Shown: piece by piece, positions 1 through 13,756 of the stretch
How positions within the stretch are numbered: the first letter of the stretch is position 1
Layout: every line of letters begins with the position of its first letter
Origin: Octopus bimaculoides
Lineage: Eukaryota
Direction: 5' to 3'
NCBI RefSeq assembly: GCF_001194135.2
Contig: NC_068983.1
Location: forward strand, 16,458,684-16,522,683
DNA length: 64,000 nt
The notes under the pieces: model-generated
Databases searched by the model: none
The model's input: the letters and a program-made list of their open reading frames with translations, nothing else
What the model was told of the DNA's origin: nothing
Program-made: the position numbers and the translations under genes

Positions 1-28
1 TATTATTATTAATATTATTATTATTAAG

Positions 29-233
29 GTGGCAAGCTGGCAGAATCATTAGCATGCTGGATGAAATACTTTGTGGTATTGTATTTCGCCCATCACTACA
101 TTCTGAGTTCAAATTCCACCAAGGTCGACTTTGACTTTCAGCTTTTCAGGGTCGATAAATTAAGTTCCAGTGATGTAATTGACTAGTCCCCTCCCACCAA
201 ATTTCAGGCCTTGTGCCTTTAGTAGAAAGGATT
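29..233 (+). mobile_element. tRNA-derived SINE with Deu/Nin-like central domain
   Basis: tRNA-like head, GTTCAAATTC B-box, GGTCGACTTTGACTTTCAGC...GGGTCGATAAATTAAGT core; many similar copies in window. Confidence 0.7.
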
Positions 234-339
234 ATTATCATTATTATTATTCATTTGAACACAAGTTGATGTAATCGACTTACCCACCTCCTCAAAACTG
301 TTGGCCTTGTGCCAAAATTTGAAACCTTTATTATATTAT

Positions 340-720
340 CATTATTATTATTAAGTGAATGAGAGCAGCACATACCATCAAAGTGATGCTGGGGTACAAA
401 TATATGAAGCCCAATACATCCATCTGACAAAGGTACACCAGGCACATGCATCATAATATGGTGATCCCATATCAAGATAAACAGCACATGACTTTGCAGG
501 TGGGGTCTGGTTAGAATTTTCTTCTGGTTGAGTAGTCCGTCCCACTCAAAATGTCCCTGAATAAGAGTCTTTTAAGGATAATGAAGAAAACACCCATCTT
601 TCCAGGGGTGAATTATTCAAACCTTAAAGAATCCTTCTCAGACATAGCTATGATGCTCCCCCACTCCTTCTGCCTGTGATCAGAGATGCACATGTAGTCA
701 ACCATTAAGGTTGACTATAT
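340..720 (-). mobile_element. 3' end of an (AAT)n-tailed retroposon
   Basis: Reverse complement matches 43780-43870 and 61930-62071, the latter ending in (AAT)n. Confidence 0.55.
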
Positions 721-1407
721 GTACATCAACTGACAAGTAAATCTACAGTATTGAGAAGAATATTTGCTGTAGCCCATCTTTTACACCATCACAAAACATT
801 ACGTAATAACACTTCCAATCAGTTAAGATCAGAAGCCATGAGAGCCACTGCTGAAGATCTTTCTGGAACAACAAAATTAACATTTGCAAATAAGAATTTC
901 ATATCAAATCTTTTCTATACAATAGCAGACAAGATACCTGTTACAATGGATTTCCTGGAATTGTCAGTGAGAACCATTTATCATAATGTTCATGTAAATA
1001 TGGATGACCTCAAAGCTATTTTCTAATTATATCATTATCTGAGCTTAGTTATGCATGTTTAGATATTTACAGGTAAAAGAAAACTGCAGTCATTTATAAA
1101 CAATTTCAGATATTTAAATTGCTTTGTTTCTTTTTATTTTGTTTATTTTTTTATATAATTTGTTACTGCTTAAGCTGAAGTCATTTAATTAGATTTTCAA
1201 AATTTTCGACAAATAAATTAAGCTGAGTCATGTCTCCTTGCCTCCTAAAGACACACCTCAATGCCAGTACACATTTTTTATCTGTTTTTGAGACAGATGT
1301 CGAATTTTAATTTTTAGAATAACTGTATAAAGAATAGACTTCCCTGCAATGAAGCATGATAATATATTCTCAGAATTATGTGATTTCTTTTTTATTTGTT
1401 TCTCAAG

Positions 1408-1576
1408 CCGGTTGATAATGAAGAAGATTTTTCCAAAGACCTCTATGGCAACCTTCCTCTCATTCAATCGGCTGAAAAGATCAACCGCAAAATAGTTGAT
1501 GTGAAGGACCTTACACCTCAGATTGCAGACACCAAGGTGTGGATTAGGGCCAGGTTACAGACCAGCCGTAGCAAAG
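1408..1576 (+). CDS. DARS1: Cytoplasmic aspartyl-tRNA synthetase, coding exon 1 of 13 in window (PVDNEEDFSKDLYG...WIRARLQTSRSK-G)
   Basis: ctcaag acceptor, G|gtaagc donor; resembles AspRS N-terminal OB-fold 'VWVRARVHTSRAKG'; starts in phase 0, so an upstream exon is required. Confidence 0.93.
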
Positions 1577-1639
1577 GTAAGCTTTCCTCTACTCTTCAAC
1601 TAATGGAGTTAAAATAACAATGCTGACTTTGTTATCAAC

Positions 1640-2088
1640 ATTTTTAATTTGCGTACCTTTCCTTCATTGGACACTAAACTCCACTTGCAAAGACTTGTTG
1701 AGGCAAGTGAAATCGAAATTGAACTAAATTCGATGACTGGCACCCATGCCAACGTCGTCTCCTTCATTGGACACGAAACTCGGCTTGCGAAGACCTGTTG
1801 GGGCAAGCGAAAGTGAAATCGTGATGGCACTTGTTCAGGTGGAACGTAAAATACACCATTTTGAGCGTGGCCGTTGCTAGTACCGCCTGACTGGCCTTCG
1901 TGCCGGTGGCACGTAAAAGCACCCACTACACTCTCGGAGTGGTTGGCGTTAGGAAGGGCATCCAGCTGTAGAAACTCTGCCAAATCAGATTGGAGCCTGG
2001 TGTAGCCATCTGGTTCACTGGTCCTCAGTTAAATCATCCAACCTATGCATGGAAAGCGGATGTTAAACAATGATGATGATGATGATGA
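1640..2088 (+). mobile_element. RTE LINE 3' UTR fragment with (GAT)n tail
   Basis: Same tail (...GGAAAGCGGACGTTAAACGATGATGAT) as the RT-coding copy at 4066-5203. Confidence 0.8.
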
Positions 2089-3483
2089 CTTGCTCTGAAG
2101 AGAAAACAATTTTTTAAAATATTATTAGAGATATTTAGATATTTATAGGCACTCTGTGGTTTAGATATTTGCCTCACGATCATGTGGTTTCAGGTTCAGT
2201 CTCATTTCATGGTACCTTGAGCAAATGTTGTCTACTATTGCCCCAGTCTAATGTTGAATATTGACATTTCATGGAATTGCTTGTCACTGGCTGAGGGAAC
2301 CAGTGATGTTTACATTCTTTGTTGATATTACAACTGTTTTCTCTACACTGAGGCCTGGTGACAGGAAATGCATCTGGCTCTAAAATCCGGTCTCATACAA
2401 GTGCCCCTCAAACCCATGCTAACATGGAAAAACAGACGTTAAACAAGCAAATAAATGAATATAATCTTTCTTTCTTATAATCAGTCTCCAAAGCCCTGAA
2501 CACTGCCCTTCCTCTCCTTGGCTAAGCACCTTAAAGTTTTATTTCATCTCAATCTACCAAATATGCCATTGCATCGTGTGTATCTGCTGTTCACACAGAA
2601 TACACTGTATTATGTCTTTGTTTTTTTTCTTTGTACAGGAAACAAGGCTAGTTTCTCTCCTCCTCAAGCATTTTTCCATTCACAACATCTATTTTAATCC
2701 TTTTGATACCAACCTAAGATAACATTTGGTTCTTTGGTATAAACTTTCTGTTTTAAAGCGACCTAAATTAACATTTTCCATCCAAATTTCTGTTCCAAAC
2801 ATCAACTTAATTCTTCACCATCATCATTTTAACGTCTATTTTTCCATGCTTTCAGAGATTTTTTTCACAGGAGACTGAAAACGTGTTTATTTATTTTTAT
2901 TTAATAATAGTTTGACTTAGCTCCTCATAACTTAAAATTTTGAGCATGTAGAACACATCTCATTCATCAGTGGGACATTTTGTCTTCTGAATTTGAATCC
3001 TGCTGAAATCAACTTCACCTTTCAACCCTCTGGTCAATAAAATGAAATACCGGTCAAGTACTGAGGCCAATATAATCAGCTAACCTCTCCCCCAACTCAC
3101 CCAAATATCTTACCTTAGAAATGATTCATCAGCATTAACTTGTACCCAAGTAAATCTGTAACATATGATTCAGCTTCTTCATCCTGATGGATGTGAAGGA
3201 AGCTGGTAGCTGTTCAAGCCAACAGCAGTATAGAAGAGCTGGGGGCTTTTATCACAGGGAAGGGTTGGCAGGGGATGAGGAAATGCAAGTCACTCTTTGT
3301 ATCTTCAATGTCTGATCTCTACCTTTTGACATCTGTTATTTTTTATCTGATCCATTCCTTTGACTGCCACTTTGATTTTATATGAACGTTTTCGCGAATT
3401 TAAAAAATTTAATTCTAATTTCAATGTCAAGTACTCAAATATTGCCATGTTTGCTAAATTCCTTCCTTTTGGATGTCTTCCAG

Positions 3484-3586
3484 GTAAACAATGCTTCTTT
3501 GTGTTGCGGCAGCGTTACTGGACTGTGCAAGGTCTTATAGCTGTTGGAAAAGAGACTAGCAAACAAATGGTGAAGTTTGCTGCAAG
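3484..3586 (+). CDS. DARS1: DARS1 exon 2 of 13 ([34 protein letters not shown])
   Basis: ttccag acceptor, AG|gttggt donor; phase 1 in, phase 2 out; matches GKQCFLVLRQ...SKQMVKFAA. Confidence 0.95.
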
Positions 3587-3679
3587 GTTGGTTTTGGTTT
3601 CACAATATCAAAAGTCTTTAATAAAACTTAATTTTTCTCTTTTGAGCTGAAACATTTTTCAACATTATACATCTCCAAA

Positions 3680-3891
3680 GGCAGTGAGCTGGCAGAACTG
3701 TTAGCATACCAGGCAAAATGCTTAACGGCATTTCATCTGTCTTTACATTCTGAGTTCAAATTCCACCAAGGTTGATTTAGCCTTTTATCTCTTCAGGGTA
3801 AATAAAATAAGTACCTGTTGTGCACTGGTGTCAGTGTAATCAACTTATCCCCTTCCCTGAAATTGCTGGCCTTGTGCCAAAATTTGAAACC
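3680..3891 (+). mobile_element. Deu/Nin-domain SINE copy
   Basis: Colinear with the copy at 29-233. Confidence 0.7.
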
Positions 3892-4065
3892 AGTGTTATA
3901 CATCTCCACTATGTTAACAGTATAAACAATTATTGTATTAGCAGCAGCAGCAACTCTTATTGGACTGCTACACTTTCTACTGAAATTTTTTATTGAAGTT
4001 CATCAGCATCATCAATTTATATTTTCCATGCTGACAAAAGTTGGACAGTTTGACATGATCCAAGA

Positions 4066-5203
4066 CATCATCATCATCGTCATCATCGTTTAACGTCCGC
4101 TTTCCATGCTAGCATGGGTTGGACGATTTGACTGAGGACTGGTGAAACCGGATGGCAACACCAGGCTCCAGTCTGATTTGGCAGAGTTTCTACAGCTGGA
4201 TGCCCTTCCTAACGCCAACCACTCAGAGAGTGTAGTGGGTGCTTTTACGTGTCACCCACACGAAAACGGCCACACTCGAAATGGTGTCTTTTATGTGCCA
4301 CCCGCACAAGCCAGTNNNNNNNNNNNNNNNNNNNNNNNNNNNNNNNNNNNNNNNNNNNNNNNNNNNNNNNNNNNNNNNNNNNNNNNNNNNNNNNNNNNNN
4401 NNNNNNNNNNNNNNNNNNNNNNNNNNNNNNNNNNNNNNNNNNNNNNNNNNNNNNNNNNNNNNNNNNNNNNNNNNNNNNNNNNNNNNNNNNNNNNNNNNNN
4501 NNNNNNNNNNNNNNNNNNNNNNNNNNNNNNNNNNNNNNNNNNNNNNNNNNNNNNNNNNNNNNNNNNNNNNNNNNNNNNNNNNNNNNNNNNNNNNNNNNNN
4601 NNNNNNNNNNNNNNNNNNNNNNNNNNNNNNNNNNNNNNNNNNNNNNNNNNNNNNNNNNNNNNNNNNNNNNNNNNNNNNNNNNNNNNNNNNNNNNNNNNNN
4701 NNNNNNNNNNNNNNNNNNNNNNNNNNNNNNNNNNNNNNNNNNNNNNNNNNNNNNNNNNNNNNNNNNNNNNNNNNNNNNNNNNNNNNNNNNNNNNNNNNNN
4801 NNNNNNNNNNNNNNNNNNNNNNNNNNNNNNNNNNNNNNNNNNNNNNNNNNNNNNNNNNNNNNNNNATCAAGATACTTACACTCTGACGGGTATTCACATT
4901 GACATTACACATCCAACGGAGCATACTGGCTTCATTCCTTGCGAGCTTACGTATGTCCTCAGCAGTTACAGCCCATGTTTCACTGCCATGTAGCATGGTT
5001 GTTCGTACGCATGCGTCATACAGTCTGCCTTTTACTCTGAGTGAGAGTTCCTTTGTCGCCAGCAGGGGTAAGAGCTCTCTAAACTTTGCCCAGGCTATTC
5101 TTATTCTAGCAGCTACACTTTCAGCGCACCCACCCCCACTACTAACTTGGTCGCCCAGATAGCGGAAGCTTTCGACTACCTCTAGTTTTTCACCCTGGAA
5201 TGA
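4066..5203 (-). mobile_element. 5'-truncated RTE-clade LINE, interrupted by an N gap
   Basis: Minus strand reads LEVVESFRYLGDQVSSGGGC...RVKGRLYDACVRTTMLHGSETW...EASMLRWMC (RT C-terminal region), followed by the (GAT)n-tailed 3' UTR. Confidence 0.88.
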
Positions 5204-6885
5204 GATAGAAGTTGTTTCCTCTTATTTATTTAGTTTCTGCTCTCCTAGATGACTCAGAAGATTATATCTCACTTAAATGCATCAATTTTAGCATGGTTTC
5301 TATGATGAATGTCCTTCATAAAAACTAACTCCTTTACACACTGCACTTTTATCATTGCACCATCACTAGTGAGGTTGCCATACTCTCAACAGCATAGAAG
5401 AGAACATGATAACTTCTGTGTCTGTAAAATATTTTTACTGGTTAATAATCAAAAGAACTTTGTGGAGTTTACTACATAAAATATTACTCTAAATTAACAA
5501 AATATTTCTCAAGAAAATCAAAATCTTAAAGTTTACTATAATTGACAAAACCTTCATAATATTAACTCAAAAGTTTCTAATATTTCATATTTAAAAAACT
5601 ATATTAATATCTCAAGAAGAAATACTCTTTTACTCTTTTATTCTTTTATTTGTTTCAGTCCTTTGACTGCGGCCATGCTAGATTAGTAGGATTGATTATT
5701 GTGCACTTTGAAATAGGATGAATAATGTGCATCTGCAAACATTGAAGAAGAATGAGTGAAGTGCAGTTCATCAGATGGGTAGCATTAATTTACTTAAAAC
5801 CTTGAACAGAAATAAATTGAGGAAGTAGTTAGGCATTAAAAGGATTAACTGATGTGTATGTCTAATGTAAATGGACTGAGTATATTGTGGCTACTGATTG
5901 CACTGAGTGCACAGCATTGCATTCTAACCATAATTAGGCGGTGAATTGGTAGTCATTAGAGTGTGGGACAGAATGCCACATAGTATTTGTTTTGACTCTG
6001 CACTCTGAGTTCAGATCTTGTCAAGGTCAGTTTTGCCTTTTCGTCCTTTTAGGTTTGATAAAAAATAAAAATCGAAGCTGGTGGATTGGTGGAATTAATA
6101 GAGTATTAACCCTTTTGTTACTATATTTCTGTGGAAATGCGTTGCTTTTGTTTCAGCTAATTTTTTAAATAATAAAGAATTTAGTAAAATAACGTCATTA
6201 TTTAATCTGGTGTTGAAACATAAATTATCATCAAAGAACCAGGGATGATCTCAGGTAATTTGGTATCAGAAGGGTTAAATCATGGTTGCCCTTATACATA
6301 CTGGCATGTCCTTTGCATCCCTCTTCAGCTGAGCAATCCTCACCTTGCTGGCTTATGGGTGCTGCTGCCACATCAACACACCTGTGCCAGTGCTGTGTAA
6401 AAGCACTCAGTACACTCTGTAAAGTGGTCGGCATTAGGAAGGGCATCCAACTATATAAACCATGCCAAGGCAGACATGGAGCCTGACCAGTTTCTGTTAA
6501 ACTGTCCAACCCATGCCAGCATGGAGAACGGACATTAAATGAGGATGAGGAATGGAAATGTAGTTACCTTGATTCAGTTGGAAGATCAACTAACACCATC
6601 ACCACCTGCATTTGTCATATCATTTAATTTTTATGCTCAGTTTTATTAGTGAGTACTTTCTAATATTTCACATCAGTTTCTTCATAAAACTATACTCCTG
6701 TACTATGATCAACATCTTTTCTCTGTGAAACCTAATTTCTTATTGATTGACCGTTTTGTTGTTAAAGAATATTTTCAAAACAAAGCCGAATTTAAATTAT
6801 ATCATCTCAATAATTTCATAGTTTAGTTTTAAATAATCTGATAAATTACCTGCTTTTTTTCTTTTTTTCTTTCTTCTAACATCAG

Positions 6886-6988
6886 CATAAATAAGGAATC
6901 TATTATTGACATTGAAGCATATGTCCGGACTGTCCCTAGTAAAATTGAATCATGCTCTCAACAAGACATAGAACTTCATACCATCCAG
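6886..6988 (+). CDS. DARS1: DARS1 exon 3 of 13 (SINKESIIDIEAYVRTVPSKIESCSQQDIELHTIQ)
   Basis: Polypyrimidine tract + atcag, CAG|gtttgt; in frame with neighbours; matches INKESIVDVEG...SCTQQDVELH. Not in ORF track. Confidence 0.95.
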
Positions 6989-7244
6989 GTTTGTTTTTAA
7001 ATTTATTCCTTAGATTCTTTGTTATTAGCTTTTCTGAGAAATCAATAAAGGCTTCTTCATTAACGTGATGTTTTTCTTTTCATAAGCAGGAGCCCAATTT
7101 CAAAGAGGAAGTGGAGAATATTCAATTGAGTTGTATCTTATAGACATCTCTTGACTTGCCTGCTATGACAATATCACTGAAGTTATTTCTTTATCTATGT
7201 ATTTATCTGCTTTGTCTGTGTGTGTATATATATATATATATAGT

Positions 7245-7565
7245 GAAGGTACATTGCTTAGTAGTTAGGGTATATGGCTCACAATTGTAAAGTCGAGAGT
7301 TCAATTCCTGGCATCATGTTGTGTCCTTCAACAAGATACCTTATTCCATGTTGCTCCAGTTCACTCAGCTGGCAAAAATGAGTTGTATATGTAATTCAAA
7401 AGAGCCAACCTTGTTACATTCTATGTCTTACTAAAACTTCTTGAGAACCACATTAAGGGTACATGTTTGTGGAGTGATCAGCCATTTACTCATTAATTTC
7501 ATCAGCAGGCTCTTCTGTTGATCAGATCAGCTGGAACCTTTGTCATCATAACCGACGGAGTTCCA
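7245..7565 (+). mobile_element. Degenerate copy of the SINE family seen at 30741-31114
   Basis: Shared body ...GAGAAC(C/T)ACATTAAGGGTACA...CAGCAGGCTCTTC.GTTGATC.GATCA.CTGGAACC. Confidence 0.65.
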
Positions 7566-8232
7566 GTTATATATATATATATATATATATGTATATGATA
7601 AACTCAAGCATGTTGCTGGGCAACACCTTCAACGGTTTTAATCAATTACGTCAACCTTAGTGCTTAAACGGTTACTCGTTCTTTACTTATTGGATATCCT
7701 GAGTTATGTCCCTGTAATGAGAACTACTTCCCTTCTCTGAACTTCACTCTGTTCTCATAAAGCAATTAAATTAAAACTGCAGTAGAAGATATCCAAAGTA
7801 CTTTGCTGTGGAATCAGATCTTGAACTATATGGTTGTGAAGTTAACTTCTTAACCACAAAGACATTTCTGTACCCATATTGTTTTGTTTTTTTTTGTATT
7901 TATTTTTTTGCTGGTCACACTCATTGAACTGTGGTCATACTGGGGCATCACTTTCATTTTATTTTTAGCCTATCATTTCAACCCCAGCACATATTTCAGT
8001 CTTTTGCTTAAATGCATTTGTTTGTGGTGTTGAACTGTTTCCTTTCATGTCAAAATGGTAACTCAACCATTTGATCACACACACACACACAATCATTTGG
8101 TTCGGATCTTACTGATTGTGGACATTAGCTTGGAAGCCTCCAGCATGTTATTGGCTAAGAATACTAATAAATTAATTTTCCTATTATCCAATCACAAGAT
8201 TGATTAACATAATTGCAAATATCTAATGATGT

Positions 8233-8419
8233 GCTGGTGGCACATAAAAGCACCCACTACACTCTCGGAGTGGTTTGGCGTTAGGAAGGGCATCCAGCTG
8301 TAGAAACTCTGCCAAATCAGATTGGAGCCTGGTGTAGCCATCTGGTTCACCAGTCCTCAGTCAAATCGTCCAACCCATGCTAGCATGGAAAGCGGACATT
8401 AAATGATGATGATGATGAT
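8233..8419 (+). mobile_element. RTE LINE 3' tail
   Basis: Near-identical to other (GAT)n-tailed copies. Confidence 0.8.
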
Positions 8420-9514
8420 CTGGTATTTTGCTACTCCAATCCCTGTAGCAACATTAACTATATGTTATGCAGTGAAGACTAACAATTCAATACATGCTAC
8501 AAATGTTTCAATCACATGGCAAGTTACAATCAGTGTATTACATAAGCCAAAACCATCAGAGGTGATTAAAGTGTAGTTCTCCTAAAAGTATTCTTGAGAT
8601 TGAATTTCTTTACAGTTCTCTCTTCTGATGGTTCCAAAATGCCCAAAGAAATAGCTGGTAATTTTGGTTTCTGTAATATACTAATTCCAAAATAAATTGA
8701 CATGCTTTTGAAACATTTGTAGCATGTTTTGAACTGTCATTGTCCATCTGTCTTCATTTCTTATATGTATAAAGGCATGGTTGTGTTAAGAAGTTCACCT
8801 CCCATCCACATGGTTTTGTTTCACTTCTATTACATGGCACCTGTAGTCACAGGCTGACCTGAGCCTCAGGTGTGAATTTGACAAATGGAAACTAAAAGAA
8901 GCCCATCATATATATGTGTGTGTGTGTGTTTGTTTACATTTAGGCTTTATGAAAGTTTGAAAGTTCCTGCAAGTGGTGGTGGTGCTGTCACTTCCTCTGT
9001 CAACAAATTTTCTGCTCTCTCTGTGGGAAATATGCAATAAAATATCCCTTACTTGCATAAGAGATAGAGTTTAGCAACAACAAAAGCATCCAACTATAAA
9101 ACAGTACCTCAATAATATATTCATCTAACCCATACTGACCTGAAAAAACGTGAATGTAAAATGAAAGATCAACTATACATATAACTGACAGGCTTTTCCA
9201 CAGTTTCTAACTTCCAGAAGTCATTAATCAACTACAGTGGAAAATGTTTAACCAAAATATCTTTCAGTGAAACTGAACTTGGAGCCACATGGTTGTAAAA
9301 TGGACTTCTAAACATCACGGTTCTTATTGTGCCTAAGTCTATATTATTTATTTATTTGTACATATATTTCCTATATTTTTCCAATTATGTTTTATTTCAT
9401 TCTGTTTATCTTATCAGTTCTTATATTTTTATTTACAAACAAATTTTTTATGCTCTTCTTGTTTTTTAACTAATTTTGTAATTGGATTGCCTTATTTTGC
9501 ATAATCTCATACAG

Positions 9515-9586
9515 ATTTGGGTTGTTAGTTCAGCTGCACCACAGCTACCAGTATTGGTTGAAGATGCTGCTCGTCCCGAAACAGAC
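9515..9586 (+). CDS. DARS1: DARS1 exon 4 of 13 (IWVVSSAAPQLPVLVEDAARPETD)
   Basis: atacag acceptor, GAC|gtaagt donor; 72 nt, phase 0/0. Confidence 0.93.
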
Positions 9587-11426
9587 GTAAGTAATAACCA
9601 GATGATCAGTCAATAGCATGAAAGCCATATTCCTGTTGTAATACAAAAGTTTATTTAGATGACAGTTTACTTGGAGGAATTGAAAGGGTGCATTTTTAGA
9701 GTAGCAAATGCAGAATTTATTTGTAGAAAAGACAGAACATAATTTTTTTTTTTTTTTTTTTAAGACAAACTCATGAAATGTATAGAACCTACTTGTTAAG
9801 AGGAAATAATTTGATAATCTTCAAAGGAGATAAAACTACTTTGTAAAAGATATTTGTCTTATAAGAGGAGTAGAGAGCACAGGGTTTGTATTTCTAGCAT
9901 AAAAATGCAGGAGTTATTTTTTAAAAATAAAAATAAAGAAAAGGTCTTTAGAGATGGCTGAATGTATTTTTAGTGTGGAACAGATGGATTATTTCCATTC
10001 TGCTTTATATTTTGCATTTTGTCCTCAAGTAAGCATCTGTCATGTATATCCTGGTTTTAGAACAAGTTCACTATATCCCTGTGTGTCATCATAAGAGGTG
10101 ACTGATAGGAATGATGACAAAAAGGGCATCTCGCCATAAAATACTATCTCAGAAAAAATGTCCAAGTCATACCATGGAAAAGTAGACATAAAGTGATGAT
10201 AATTATTTTTTTTTTACTCCATCCCACTGCATGGCACATTGGGCAAGTGTCTTCTAGTAGGCCTCAAGCTGACTAATGCCTTATGAGTGGAATCGATTGA
10301 CAGAAACAACATAGAAGCCTCTCATATATATATGTGTATGTGTGTGTGTATGTGTACAAATGTTTATTACTACATATCTTCACATTTGACATAAGTGACG
10401 GTGATGTTAGGTTTACCTCCCTTGTAAACAATACATTCTGAACTAGAGTTTCATTGGTTTTGAAGTGTTAAAACAAGTAGAATAGAAATAGCTTACTTGG
10501 AAAACAAACAAGTGTTGGTGACAGGAAAAGCTTCAGGCTGTAGAATACTGTCTCAATAAAATTTGTCCAACCCATATCAGTATGGAATGAACAGATATAA
10601 AAATGGTGGTGATGGCAACAGCAATGGTTGTGATGACAACAACGACAAGCTATTAGAAATTGGAACCTTTATTTTCAAACTAAGACTGTATGGACCAGTG
10701 GATAAGAATGATATTAGCTTTAACTTAAAAATAAAGATTCTTAATATGAATCAACTGTGATACAATGAATACATTCAGGAATAAGACACATGGTGAGCAT
10801 TGTCAAGACATGAACCCTTTGGCATTCAGGTTGCTCTGTCAATGAAATGCTTGTTTATTTACATTATTTTGAATTAATCATGAATATCTCATAGCTTCAA
10901 GATTTCCATGATGGAATTGTTTATATTTAGAGTGACATTGTAGAGTAGATGTGAGAGGCTGGAACTGGCTGGTTTGAATGTGAAACAGATAGAATATTTT
11001 GGTCAGATATGGTCAGTTTAAATGCTAAAAGGTTAAACTAATTGAAGCATAGTGTAGTTGTAAATATTGAAATGTTTCTTCCTTAAAGGTAAGATTGATT
11101 AATTGTAAATTACAATCATATTAGCTTTCAACTACATGTGATTTGTTGATGACTTTAAACTTGCCTGTCAATAGGGGCAGCTTTGTCTTGTCAGCTCACA
11201 TGATAAAATGAGTCTCACCACCACAGATGTGTGAAGTATCAAATATATTTGCACTTGGTGAAAGCTAACAACTATTTGCAGTTATTATTAACAAACTAAT
11301 ATATAAATACCAGTCACATTAAATGATGATGTCTTATGCTACTCTATCTTCAACAACTATGTCAGCCTATATAGCACAATCTTTGTTTTATATATTTTAT
11401 TGTGTCCAACTTTTTTTTATTGATAG

Positions 11427-11595
11427 GAGTTTGCCAAAGTAAACCAGGATACAAGACTAGATAACCGGGTAATAGATTTGAGGACATGCACAAGTCAAGC
11501 CATCTTTAAATTACAAGCTGGCCTCTGTGCTCTCTTTCGTGACTTCTTAACAAAGAATGGATTTGTAGAAATACACACTCCAAAGATCATTTCTG
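11427..11595 (+). CDS. DARS1: DARS1 exon 5 of 13 ([20 protein letters not shown]...[12 protein letters not shown]), class II motif 1
   Basis: tgatag acceptor, G|gtacaa donor; contains [13 protein letters not shown] and GFVEIHTPK. Confidence 0.96.
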
Positions 11596-12612
11596 GTACA
11601 AAATATTTTCTTCTTTTTATTTGCTTATTTATTGTTTTCATTCTTAGGTTTTGCATGACATTTCATTCTCTTGCCATTTGTATCTACGGAAATTTTAATG
11701 TCAAAAACTGCAGAGCAGTTGTTAAGCTTCTTCTGGAGTAAAACAGAAAAAAATATGATGTCTTCTTTGGAAATGGATTTATGAATCTCATCATTTGACC
11801 TTCTCTGCAAAGAGGTAACTTCTTTGTGGTCACTTGATTTGCTAGAAACAGTAGCCAAATCTTCAAATCACATCCTACCATCTAAGAAAAAAAAGTAAAA
11901 ATACATTGGATGTTGTAGTTCTAGATATATGATATTTGACAAAAAATCCTGATGAGATGGTCATGGTTGAAAATTTCATCATGTGTCTTTAGGATCAGAG
12001 CTGACCTGGTGTTAAATAAACCACAACTGTTATAAAATACACACTAGAATACATATATGTGTGGAAAGTCTATGTACAAGACCTATTAGAAAGAGTATGT
12101 ATTTCAGTTGCTACATTGGTATGGGACTTGGAGAGTCAAGGATGGGGCTATCTGCTGAGTCCTTCCCAGAAAAAAAAAGACAGCCCCCATGAATTTTGAG
12201 ACAATCTACCCACCCCCCACCCNNNNNNNNNNNNNNNNNNNNNNNNNNNNNNNNNNNNNNNNNNNNNNNNNNNNNNNNNNNNNNNNNNNNNNNNNNNNNN
12301 NNNNNNNNNNNNNNCCACCACCACCACTCCCAGGGCTTGAAAATAGTGTTGTTCCACCTTCTTGGCGAATGTCTCTCAGTCGACCTATTTACATGTTAGC
12401 GTTGCATTGTATGTATCATTTCCTCATGTGTTAATTTTACAACCTGGTTTCAATTCCAGTTTGAAACCATTTCATTTTATGTCTGTTTCTCCATGCCAGC
12501 TTGAGTTAGGTGAAAACATGTTATTTGAGACATTGTTTCATACCCAGGTGCCTTTCCTACTGCTAACCTTTGACTGTTCTTCAAGTAAAGGATTTCTTTA
12601 TTCTGCATCTCT

Positions 12613-12839
12613 TTAACCTTTTTGATACCAACCCACCTGAAACTGCTGATGCTTCTATGTTACAAATTCTGTTTTAAAATAATCTAAATTAAAACTTTCC
12701 ATAAAAATTTCATGTAAATTATATTCTAAACATCAGCTTAATAATGACAAAGTTATTTTACTAAATTCTTCACTATTTTCCAAATTAATTAAAACAAAGT
12801 CAGTGGATGCTGACAGGAGTAAGGTAACAAATGAGTTAA
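12613..12839. mobile_element. piggyBac-like non-autonomous element
   Basis: Bounded by TTAA at both ends (12613-16, 12836-39); related fragments at about 2695-2800, 6108-6225 and 27830-28260. Confidence 0.55.
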
Positions 12840-13756
12840 AAGAGCTGAACTCAATAAATCATCAGCTAGATAATTTGTTCACAGGGAATGTCAACAAAGT
12901 TCACCATTTGCAGCTCATTTGTAACATTTTTGTGCACAGCTCAGAAACTTAGCATTTGCCAAAACACATATGCACACATAATACACAAGGCACACACACT
13001 CTGAGTTTTGTAGTTTTCACCTACCAAATTCACTCACAAGGTATTGATCAGTCTGTGGCTACAATAAAAGGTAGTTGCCCATGATGCTGCATAGTAGCAT
13101 TGAACCTAAATCTACAAGGTTTAGAAGTGAGCTTCCAGACCATGTAACCATACCTTATTGATTTTATTAATCCCTGAAATTTTGTTAGTACCTCTTCTCA
13201 GGCTTTTTTCTTTTTTACACAAGTTCTGTCTAATCATAGTCATCCTCCTATGATTATTGGCATTATTTTGCTCTTTATAACCATTTTCATGGTCTAATTC
13301 TGAATTAATTGTATAACCACATTAATAAACATGTATTGTCTTGTTTCATTTTGACAATGTAATGGCTCTGCTCTTTACTTTCCTTACCTGCTTACATGGA
13401 GAATGTTCACAGATATCTACATTCTACTAGATTGATATTGATACTATATTTAACTGCTCTCTGTATTCTTTGTGCCAATTTATCGCTGTCCTATCCTACT
13501 AATGGATGTATTATATAAGAAATCACTGGAATTGATAAAGCATCCAACTAATATTTAGATGTCCTCTTTTATGTTCTAATCAACTTAAGCCTTTCACCCC
13601 TTTATGGGATCAGTAAGACAAGTACCAGTGGTATAATGGGTTCAATCTAAATGACTACCCACTTCACCTACTGCAAGTTAAGTCTTCTGCCTTAACAAGG
13701 AATTGCTGTTGCTACTGTTATTGTTACGTTTTTGTTTATTTCACAATTCTCTATAG

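Noticed and set aside
751-1026. 91-aa ORF as the missing first DARS1 exon
   Set aside because: No AspRS similarity, no true ATG and no suitable phase-0 donor identified.
11945-11985. CTGATGA...GAAA as a second hammerhead
   Set aside because: No stem II or stem I pairing.
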